The notes beneath the pieces were generated by a model, which did not search any database, was not told the DNA's origin, and saw only the letters and a list, made by a program, of their open reading frames with translations. A program made the translations under genes and the position numbers. This document shows positions 40,615-48,997 of a stretch of 64,000 nucleotides of DNA, piece after piece; position 1 is the first letter of the stretch; each line of letters begins with the position of its first letter. Location: positions 288,001-352,000 of the forward strand of contig CBDCDC010000001.1 in the NCBI GenBank assembly GCA_965215195.1, given 5' to 3'. This DNA is from Candidatus Latescibacterota bacterium. GTDB lineage: Bacteria > Latescibacterota > UBA2968 > UBA8231.

Positions 40615-41577
40615 CTATCCCTCAAACCGCGCCATGGCCGCGAACTTGTCCTGCCGCTGGGCCACCAACGCCTCTGGATTGAGTCGCTGGAGCTCGGCTA
40701 AGGCATCTTGCACGTGGCGTTTGAGGGTGGCGGCCGCATCGTCCCAGTCGCGGTGTGCGCCGCCCAACGGCTCGGGCACGATGCGGTCGATGATTCCCTG
40801 CTTGTGCAGGTCTTTAGCCGTGAGCTTGAGGGCCTCGGCCGCCTCCTCTCTGCGCTCGCGCACCTTGAACAAGATCGTCGAGCAGCTCTCCGGCACAATC
40901 ACCGAATAACAGGCGTGCTCCAGCATCAGGATCCGGTCGCCGACCGTGATGCCAATGGCACCGCCGCTGAAGGCTTGGCCGATGATGGCCACGACGATGG
41001 GCACCGGCAGATGCGACATTTCGTAGAGGTTGCGGGCGATGGCCTCGGCTTGGCCCCGCTCCTCGGCCTCGATCCCGGGATAGGCACCCGAGGTATCGAC
41101 CAAGGTCAAGACCGGCAATTTGAACTTGGCGGCCATTTGCATCAGGCGTCGCGCCTTGCGATACCCTTCTGGATGCGGCATGCCGAAGTTGCGCTTTTGC
41201 CGCTCTTCGAGGTTGCGTCCGCTCTGAATGCCGATGACCATGACCGACTCGTCGTCTAGCCGCGCCGGGCCGCCGATGATGGAGGCGTCGTCGGCAAAGA
41301 GGCGGTCGCCGTGTAGCTCGGTGAAGTCGGCGAGCATCCGCTCGACGTAATCGAGCGCGTACGGGCGGTCCGGGTGCCGTGCGATCTGCACCCGCTGCCA
41401 AGGGCTGAGATTGGCGTAGACCTCTCGGCGCTTCTTCGCGGCCTGCGCTTCGAGCTTCCGCACGCCCTCATCCAAATTCAAGCCATTGGTCTCGGCTTGG
41501 CTTTTTAGGTCGTCGATTTTCTTTTCTAGCTCGACGAGATCGCGTTCAAAATCGAGATAAAATCCACTGTTGTTCAC
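40615..41577 (-). CDS. accA: Acetyl-CoA carboxylase carboxyltransferase alpha subunit
   Basis: LDFE, ARHPDRP, ELHGDR, NFGMPHPEGYRKA and AEERGQAEAIA motifs. Confidence 0.95.
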   Translation of the reverse strand: MNNSGFYLDFERDLVELEKKIDDLKSQAETNGLNLDEGVRKLEAQAAKKRREVYANLSPWQRVQIARHPDRPYALDYVERMLADFTELHGDRLFADDASIIGGPARLDDESVMVIGIQSGRNLEERQKRNFGMPHPEGYRKARRLMQMAAKFKLPVLTLVDTSGAYPGIEAEERGQAEAIARNLYEMSHLPVPIVVAIIGQAFSGGAIGITVGDRILMLEHACYSVIVPESCSTILFKVRERREEAAEALKLTAKDLHKQGIIDRIVPEPLGGAHRDWDDAAATLKRHVQDALAELQRLNPEALVAQRQDKFAAMARFEG

Positions 41578-41600
41578 AGGACAAGGCCCCCTAGGTTAGC

Positions 41601-41645
41601 AATTGCGAATTGAGAATTATCAATTCGTATTTCGTATTTCGCAAC
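41601..41645. repeat. Inverted heptamer-repeat intergenic element
   Basis: aa-ttgcgaa-ttgagaa-tt...ttcgtat-ttcgtat-ttcgcaa. Confidence 0.6.
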
Positions 41646-42827
41646 TCACCCCAACGCACCCAGCGCGGCCTCAACTCGGTCTAGCGCCTTTTCAATCAGG
41701 CCCAGCGACGTGGCGTAGGAGAGGCGGATGTGCTCGTAGGTGCCAAACCCCGCGCCGGGTACGCAGGCCACTTTGCCCTCTGCGAGCAAGTACTCGCACA
41801 GAGCCACTGAGTCGCGGACCTGCTGGCCGTAGTACGCGGCCACGTCGGGATAGGCGTAAAAAGCTCCCGACGGCAACGCGCATTCCACGCCCTCTATGGC
41901 GTTGAGGCGCTCGACCATGTAGTGCCGGCGCGTATCAAAGGCTTGACGCATTTCCTCGACCGACTCTTGCGGGCCATTGAGCGCCTCGACAGCCGCTTTC
42001 TGCGCCATGGACGAGGGGTGCGACACTTCCTGGCTTTGCACCTTATTCATTCCGGCGATGATCTCCTCGCTGGCACCGGTGTAGCCGATGCGCCAGCCAG
42101 TCATGGAATACGCCTTGGACACCCCGTTGACCACAATGCTGAGTTTTTTGGCCTCCGGGCTGCAAGCTGCAATTGAGTGGTGCTCGGCCCCGTCGTAGAT
42201 CAGCTTCTCGTAAATCTCGTCGCTGAGCACATAGACTCCGTGCTCCACGGCCACGGCCGCTAGGGCCGCCAACTCCTCGCGGGTGTACACCGCGCCGCTG
42301 GGGTTGGACGGCGAGCACAAAAAGAGCATCCGGGTGCGGGGCGTGATGGCGGCGCGGAACTCGTCCGCGGTGAGCTTGAGCCCGTTGGCGGCTTGGGTCT
42401 CGACGATCACCGGCTCGCCGCCGACCAGCCGCGGCTGCTCCCGGTAGGTCACCCAATAGGGCGTGGGGATAATGACCTCGTCGCCGGGATTGACCAGTGC
42501 CGCCACCGCCAAAAAGAGCGAGTGCTTGGCGCCGTTGTTGACGATCACTTCGTCGGTTGTATAAACCAAGCCGTTGTCGCGCTCGAATTTGCGGCAAATC
42601 GCCTCCTTGAGCTCCACGATCCCCGACCCCGGGGTGGTGTACTTGGTAAAGCCCTCGGCAATGGCGCGGATGCCGGCGTCTTTGACGTTTTGCGGCGTAT
42701 CGAAATCCGGCTCGCCCGCCGACAGGGAAATTACGTCGATGCCGGCGCGCTGCATGGCCGCGGCCCGAGCCGAAATCTGCATGGTGACCGACGGCTGGAC
42801 GCGCTGTACATTGTGCGAAAGTGGCAT
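41646..42827 (-). CDS. Class I PLP-dependent (aspartate) aminotransferase
   Basis: GEPDFDTP, SPSNPSG, SDEIYE and SKAYSMTGWRIGY motifs. Confidence 0.93.
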   Translation of the reverse strand: MPLSHNVQRVQPSVTMQISARAAAMQRAGIDVISLSAGEPDFDTPQNVKDAGIRAIAEGFTKYTTPGSGIVELKEAICRKFERDNGLVYTTDEVIVNNGAKHSLFLAVAALVNPGDEVIIPTPYWVTYREQPRLVGGEPVIVETQAANGLKLTADEFRAAITPRTRMLFLCSPSNPSGAVYTREELAALAAVAVEHGVYVLSDEIYEKLIYDGAEHHSIAACSPEAKKLSIVVNGVSKAYSMTGWRIGYTGASEEIIAGMNKVQSQEVSHPSSMAQKAAVEALNGPQESVEEMRQAFDTRRHYMVERLNAIEGVECALPSGAFYAYPDVAAYYGQQVRDSVALCEYLLAEGKVACVPGAGFGTYEHIRLSYATSLGLIEKALDRVEAALGALG

Positions 42828-42834
42828 AGTGTCC

Positions 42835-44028
42835 TCAGGTGGTGTATTCGGCGTTCAGGCGCACGTACTCGTACGTCAGATCGCAGGTGAAAATTTCAGC
42901 CGCCGCCGCGCCCAGCGCCAAGTTGATGTCAATGGCCATTTCTTCCGCCTGCATGGCCGCGCTCAGTTTGCTCGCGTCGTACGCGAGACCAGCGCCATTG
43001 CCGTAGATGTCGGTGCCGCACAGGGACACGCGGACCCTGTCGGGGTCGAAATCAACGCCGGCGTACCCCATCGCGCACAGAATGCGTCCCCAGTTGGGGT
43101 CGTTGCCAAACGCGGCGGTCTTCACCAAGCTCGAATTGGCCACTGCGAGGCCGACTTGTCTCGCCTCGGCGTCGCTGGCGGCCCCGCGCACCGCTATGGT
43201 GATCAGCTTGGACGAGCCCTCGGCGTCGCGCGCGATGGCCTCGGCCATCTGCCGACAGACGCACTCAAGGCCCGCGTAGAGGCGCTCGCAATCGCGCTCG
43301 CTCAGTTTTTCGGCCGCGCCGTTGGCCATCAGGATCACGGTGTCGCTCGTGCTCATATCGCCGTCAACCGTGATGCAGTTAAACGTGCGCTGTATGGCCT
43401 GCGACAGCAGTTCTTGCAATGGTGCGCTGGACACGGCCGCGTCCGTGGTCACTACCGCCAGCATCGTCGCCATGTTGGGGGCGATCATCGCGGCCCCTTT
43501 GGCCATGGCCCCGACCACGACGCGGCCCGATTCCAACTCAACCTCAACGGCGCAGCTTTTCGGCACGGTGTCCGTGGTCATGATCGCCGCGGCCGCGGCC
43601 GCGCCGCCTTCCTCGGACAAGGCTGCGACGAGCCGCGGGATGCCCGCTTCGATCTTGGCAATCGGCAGCGGTACGCCGATCAAGCCGGTGGAGCAGACCA
43701 AGACCTCTTCCGCTTGCAGGCCCAGCTCGCTTGCCGTCAGGGCGCACATCTGCCGGGCGTGGTCCAAGCCGACGTCGCCGTTGCAGACATTGGCGTTGCC
43801 GCTGTTGAGCACGACGGCCCGCGCCTTGCCGTTGGCGAGGTGCTCGCGGTCGATGGCAATTGGCGCACCCTGCACCTTGTTGGTGGTGTACACGGCGGCG
43901 GCATTGGCCGGGCGCGTCGAATACACTAAGGCCAGATCCTTAGCGCCCGACTCCTTGACCCCCGTCTGGATGCCGGCCGCCCGGTATCCGCTCGGAGAAG
44001 TAACCCCTCCGCCCTCGATAATTCTCAT
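42835..44028 (-). CDS. argJ: Ornithine acetyltransferase
   Basis: NSGNAN, STGLIG, IMTTDT, KGAAMIAPNMATML, DGDMSTSD, DPNWGR and NAEYTT motifs. Confidence 0.95.
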   Translation of the reverse strand: MRIIEGGGVTSPSGYRAAGIQTGVKESGAKDLALVYSTRPANAAAVYTTNKVQGAPIAIDREHLANGKARAVVLNSGNANVCNGDVGLDHARQMCALTASELGLQAEEVLVCSTGLIGVPLPIAKIEAGIPRLVAALSEEGGAAAAAAIMTTDTVPKSCAVEVELESGRVVVGAMAKGAAMIAPNMATMLAVVTTDAAVSSAPLQELLSQAIQRTFNCITVDGDMSTSDTVILMANGAAEKLSERDCERLYAGLECVCRQMAEAIARDAEGSSKLITIAVRGAASDAEARQVGLAVANSSLVKTAAFGNDPNWGRILCAMGYAGVDFDPDRVRVSLCGTDIYGNGAGLAYDASKLSAAMQAEEMAIDINLALGAAAAEIFTCDLTYEYVRLNAEYTT

Positions 44029-44108
44029 AGCGTTCAGTCCGTTCCCGTCGCGCCGACAGCTCGGCGACTTACATCCCCTTCGCCGAACAAACGTTGCTGT
44101 CGTTAGAA

Positions 44109-44283
44109 TCAACGCCAACTGGCGAATCTAAGGTGATTGAAATTGAGTACGTCAACGCCCTGCTTGCCCAAGTAATTGGATAGAGGAAAGTCATCCGTGA
44201 GCACTAAAAATTGGTCCTTTACCAACTTAACAATAGCGGTGTCTGTCAAACCAAATTTTGCAAAAGATTCTGCTTGTGCTAAA
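44109..44283 (-). pseudogene. C-terminal fragment of a PIN-domain-like protein
   Basis: KFGLTDTAI...LVLTDDFPLSNYL...NFNHLR; AT-rich; no start of its own. Confidence 0.6.
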
Positions 44284-44750
44284 CCGTGCCGGGCGAGGGT
44301 GGCGGACAGCAGACCGCGGAACACCGCCACCGCGGCCGGCCCGGTCTCTTCGGCGACTTCGAGCCCGGCCTTGCACGCGCGCCTGACCGCCCTGCGGGTC
44401 GCACCGTTCAGCGCCTGTTCCCAAACGACATCGCGATCGTGGCCGAAGGCCGCAAGATCGAGCCGGAGCACCGCGGGCGCACCGGGTGGGGGATCTCCTT
44501 CCGGCGCCGCCAGCGCACGGATGTTGAACGAACGGCCCGCCATCTCCCGCGCAAGCACCCGCGCTTCGGTGGCGTTCAGGTCGGCGTAGCTCAGACCGGG
44601 CAGATAGGAGAACACGGGTGCTCCGAAGAGCTGCGGAACGACCGCGAACCGGCCCTCCTGCCGCCAGCGATAGACATCGCAAAACGCCGAGCGCCAAGCC
44701 GCGACGAAGTCTGGGGTGTGCCCGGCGATCAAACGGCTGTCTGGTTGCAT
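44284..44750 (-). pseudogene. FemAB-like/GNAT protein, N-terminal half
   Basis: LRLDL...VW...TRRAVRRACKAGLEV...F......RHG, then fused in frame to the PIN fragment. Confidence 0.6.
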
Positions 44751-44811
44751 CGATCTCATCCGGCGCAGTACCTCGGGCTTTGAGCATCCTCGCGAGAGAG
44801 CGTTGGGCGCG

Positions 44812-45042
44812 TCACACCGGTTCCCCATCCTCGGCTGAGTAAATGTCTTCCCCTTCTTCCTGCCAGAAGTCGAATGCGCCACTTTGTTCCACCAAGCGCA
44901 TGATACCCCATGTTGGCACATCATCTTCCTGCCTCTGCACAGTAATTTCTTCATAGTGCTGTGCCAGTTCCACCAGCCGTTCGAGCTCGCCTTGCGGAAC
45001 CAGCACGTTCTCCCCGATATATCGGATATGAATGGTTGTCAT
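44812..45042 (-). CDS. Small acidic antitoxin-like protein (orphan)
   Basis: AGGAGG RBS; GAFDFWQEEGEDIYS..DGEPV tail of the kind seen in putative antitoxins. Confidence 0.55.
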   Translation of the reverse strand: MTTIHIRYIGENVLVPQGELERLVELAQHYEEITVQRQEDDVPTWGIMRLVEQSGAFDFWQEEGEDIYSAEDGEPV

Positions 45043-45067
45043 TTCGCCTCCTGTTCAAGGGTTTAAC

Positions 45068-45274
45068 TCAAATCCAAGCCGCCAGATGCAGGGCGGTGGC
45101 ACCGGTTTCGTTCCGCGCGTTGGGATCGGCACCAGCATTCAAGCAGGCGACAACGTTCTCGACGGTGGCACGCGCGAAAAACCGTTCGGCGTGCCAATCC
45201 TCGCAATCTCCGGCCACCGCCGGTGCCGCCAGGAGCATCAATCCCAGCCAACTCACCATCGCCAGGCCTCTCAT
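45068..45274 (-). pseudogene. Truncated secreted ankyrin-repeat protein
   Basis: Signal peptide, CEDW...FF..AT...V..CLNAGADPNARNETGATALHLAA, then an abrupt stop. Confidence 0.75.
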
Positions 45275-45336
45275 CGCCCCGTCTCGGTCAGCTGTTGGTG
45301 GCAGTGCGGCAAGGTGAACCATTCGTAGCCCCGCGA

Positions 45337-45720
45337 TTAAGTGGCTGTCTGTTTGCATTGATCTCTCCCGGTCAACCGTTCATGGCAGTGCGACAAGGTG
45401 GTCCATTCGTAACCTCGCGCCCGCAGGCGTTCGCCCAGCGCAGCCAAGTCGTCGAATCCGCGCTGCCGGTGCCGCACCAGTGCATGAGCACCCTTTAGCC
45501 ACAGCGGCAGGGGAGATTTTCCAATCCGACCGTCGGGGACTAAATCCACCATGTGCATGTCGTAGCGATCCAATGCGTCGCTCCGGCCGCCGTTGTAGTC
45601 GTGCTCCACGTCAATGGACAGAACGGCGATCTTCTGCGGCGACCGCCGGCTCGCGACCTTGTGCGCGGCCGGATCAAAGAGCACCCGACCCATCTCATTG
45701 CGATCCATCTTACTACGCAC
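45337..45720 (-). pseudogene. Polysaccharide deacetylase with a large internal deletion
   Basis: N-terminal VLSIDVEHDY joined directly to the C-terminal YDMH..D...RGYEWTTL; the catalytic core is missing. Confidence 0.6.
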
Positions 45721-45743
45721 GACACCAGCCCTCAGCCTGCCAA

Positions 45744-45790
45744 GGATCGAGGGCCTCTTGCCCTCGCCGAGGGCGGGACGCCCTCGATCC
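45744..45790. repeat. REP-like palindrome doublet
   Basis: ggatcgagggc-ctcttgccctcg-ccgagggcgggac-gccctcgatcc. Confidence 0.6.
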
Positions 45791-45992
45791 CGGACCCAGC
45801 GGAAACCGCAGAAAAGGCGTACTCAAAGTAAGGGTCGCCTACTTTAGGGGTCGTGTACTAAGGCGATCCATCATGAATCCCGAAGATCGCCGAAATCAGC
45901 TTGCAACCCTTCATAGACCTCGTCCGCCCTAGTGTCTGCTTGTGTCATGGTGGCCCGCGTCGAGCGGTTCGGACTGCGCGGACCCATAAACA

Positions 45993-47506
45993 CTATGGAA
46001 CCCATCGGCGCAGTCTGTTCCAAGCACCGTCGATGGCCCAAGCGATAGGCAGGGCTACCCCGACCGCAAAGGGCGTCACCAGTCCAATATTGTACCTGGG
46101 GACGTTGAAGGACACGAGCACGTGGATCGCAAAGATGACGACCGGGCAGAACATCAACGCCAGCAGGACAGTTCGGTTTCGGCGCGTTCCCCATGCAAGG
46201 CTGCAGAAGATTCCCAACGCAAAGATGACACCCCAAATCGGCCGAATGCCAAATAAGTACGTGCTCGGTCTATATTTGTTTATCCCTCGCCACGCCAAGG
46301 GAACGGAGACAGCCAAATGCTTGGGAAGGTCGGACCATACGCGAGCCAACACGAAGCCGAGCTGATCCTTCGGTGCCACGCCCGCCAGCAACTCACGTCC
46401 CCAGCTTCCTCGTTTATGAAAGTGGTCTGGATGACTATGGTGCAAAGGAGCTACTTCAGGTCCGAACACTTTGTCTGCCAACTCATATCCTTCTACCGAA
46501 CTATAGTACAGAAAGGCGGCAGTCCACTGAGTCCAAGTCATGTCATTGTAGTTGATCCGTTGAGAGAGGACTAACGGTCCGTAGCCTTCCGTGAAGCCCA
46601 CAAAGCCTCTAGTCGCATAGTTGCGGACGATCCAAGGCATCACCACCAGCGAAGCGCAGATCAGAATGTACGTGGTGGCAACGGCGATTTCACGGCGACG
46701 CGACCAATCTCGATATATCCAAGCGACCGCCGCGAGCGGTAGCGCCAAGAGCAGGTATTCGTAAGGCGGCCGCGTGAGCATCAGCGCGCCAAGCAAAACC
46801 CCGCATCCAACCGCCACGGCCGCTATCCGTCCCTTCGTTCGACTGCTTCCACGTACCAAATAGGCAAGGCAGACGTTGACGCCAGCGAAGAGCGGAATGA
46901 CCAGATTATCGGTGAGAAGATAGGTATTGTAGTACGCATAGTCATCCACCACGAGGGCGACCAATCCACTGAGATGGGCAACCATGAGACGCCCGGATAC
47001 AAGCCGGCCCGCGAGCCAAGCAAGTCCTATCGCGATGGCACCTAGGAGTGTCTCTATGTATAGCGCGAGGTTATCAGGCCTCAACCTACTCAACCTAAGC
47101 TCCACGCCGGCGGAATCCCAGCTTTCTTCGGCTAGGTACTCCAGGAAATCAGTGAAAGCCGGATCGAGATGCATCAACATGCTCAGCCACAAGGGATAGA
47201 GTGGACGTCTCTCTAATGACGAGTAGGGCCAAATCCGCATGGCGTTCGGGGGGGGGGCGACAGCCAGTACGACCCCGACCCGTGAAAAACGGACAAGGCG
47301 GCTCTCATGTAATCGTACTCGTCGGCATCCGTGGGCCGTAAAACCGTGGCATGCACACCAAGTGCGGTATAGACATGCGCGCCCAGCAAGGACGCGAACA
47401 CAAGCACATGGAAGAACGCCCGCCAATTCATTCGCCCGCTTACCCAAGTGCCTCGCCGAAGCCAGTTCCAACGATTCAGCGATCTCATTTTCTCTCCGTG
47501 TGTCAT
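45993..47506 (-). CDS. GT-C (ArnT/PMT-like) polytopic membrane protein, frameshifted at a C10 tract
   Basis: The upstream frame has a TM segment plus DADEYDY...A. The downstream frame has RRPLYPLWL, LLTDNL, LMLTRP, PWIVRNY and PRY. Confidence 0.75.
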
Positions 47507-47544
47507 GGTGGCTTGTCGTGGAATGCTCAGTATCAAGATAGACC

Positions 47545-48159
47545 CTATCCCTTGGCGTCGTCGAACAAGGCCGTCACGTCGACGGCGAATCCTTCTAACA
47601 GCCGCGAGGTCGCCGTGTCGCCGCAGGAGAAAACACCGTGCTCCACATAGGCGTCCCCGGCGAGGGAGAGCACGGTGACGGTCTCAAAGCGGGGATCGAC
47701 GATCCAATACTCGGGAATGCCGGCCTCCGCGTAGTCGGCACGTTTTTCAACGAGATCCCGGGCCGGGTCATCTGGGCTAACAACTTCTACCGTCAGGTCC
47801 GCGCCCAGCCAGAAGCGGTCCTGATTGCGCGGATCCGAGCGGTCGCGGAGCAGCAGCAGGTCGGGCTCGCGGAACTTGCCCTCCCGAACGCGCATCCGCA
47901 ATCCAGCGAACAGGACGATCCCGCCTCGAGGTTTAAGGTACGGCTTGAACAGGTCGTAGAGGAAGGCAAGGATGATTTGGTGCGTGGCGGTGGGCATGGG
48001 CAGTTCCTCAATGTGGCCGTCGGTAAATTCGATCAAGCGGCGGGTTTGGTCCGTGAGCCACAGGTATTGTTCGTCACTCCAGCAACCTTGGGACGGCATA
48101 ACGTCGCACAAGAGGGCGTTCAGTGCGTCTTGGGCGGTCGTTGCAGTCGTTGTGGTCAT
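47545..48159 (-). CDS. Uma2 (DUF820) endonuclease, copy 2
   Basis: Close paralog of 39944-40561 with the same motifs. Confidence 0.92.
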   Translation of the reverse strand: MTTTTATTAQDALNALLCDVMPSQGCWSDEQYLWLTDQTRRLIEFTDGHIEELPMPTATHQIILAFLYDLFKPYLKPRGGIVLFAGLRMRVREGKFREPDLLLLRDRSDPRNQDRFWLGADLTVEVVSPDDPARDLVEKRADYAEAGIPEYWIVDPRFETVTVLSLAGDAYVEHGVFSCGDTATSRLLEGFAVDVTALFDDAKG

Positions 48160-48201
48160 TGCGTCGTCCTCGCTCTTAGAATGTCTCGCAGATATTAGCC
48201 G

Positions 48202-48368
48202 TTACGCCGCGAAATCAAGCATTTCTAAGGTCACACCGCGAGCAGCTTCCTCTCGCGCCCGACGGAGAAGGGCTTCATTCACCGTTTTAGAAACGTACTC
48301 TTCTCCACAACTGCCGCAGATCTGTGCCGGCACTTTCTTAAACACGATAATCGTTCGATCGCGTTCTA
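48202..48368 (-). pseudogene. YgiT-type zinc finger / MqsA-like antitoxin lacking its N-terminus
   Basis: LERDRTIIVFKKVPAQICGSCGEEY; the first CxxC is absent. Confidence 0.75.
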
Positions 48369-48962
48369 AGACGGGCCAAGCGGACGCCCGGTGCGGAGCA
48401 GCAGCTTGGCGGCGAGGCGCAAATAGACGTGCAGTGTCATTAGTCCAATCAATGCCAGCAGGCAGACCGCGCCGGCCAAGGCGAAAAATGCGAGAGGCCA
48501 GTCCTCGTAAAGACCGAGGGTTGCCGGTATGGTCACGAGTAGGCAGGCCGCGACAATCACCATGTCGAGCAGCCGCTGTACCACCGCACAGGCCACCGCG
48601 GTGGCGACATTCCATCCATAAGCGCGCCGCATGGCGACGACCCAAGCCACTTCGCCCAAGCGCATCGGGAGCGCGATCAACCAAATCGCGTGCCAAGCAG
48701 TGACCCGCATGGCCGTGGGAAACCCGCCGCGCTCGTTGGCGATCAGATGCATGCGAACCGCACTGAACAGGCTCTCGGCCGCAAACAGTGCCACGCCCGC
48801 CCCGGCGAGGGGCCATGAAATGTCACCCATTGCGGCCAGCGAAGACCCGTCCAACTGCGCCGCGACAAAGCACAACAGCACCAAACTGACGCCGCCGGCA
48901 ACCGCCCACGTCAGGGGGCCGGTGCGCCGCGCCAACTCGGATGTATCTATGGTTTGTTCCAT
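48366..48962 (-). pseudogene. LPG-synthase-TM/flippase-like (UPF0104) protein, C-terminally truncated
   Basis: LPMRLGE and VVQRLLD motifs; ends at about 200 aa at the YgiT junction. Confidence 0.7.
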
Positions 48963-48997
48963 AGGGTGGATCGGCAGCCCAAACCGCGTAGCCGCGC

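Noticed and set aside
42574-43929. 451-aa plus-strand ORF and similar long antisense ORFs
   Set aside because: These are shadows of argJ, the aminotransferase and other genes, typical of high-GC DNA.
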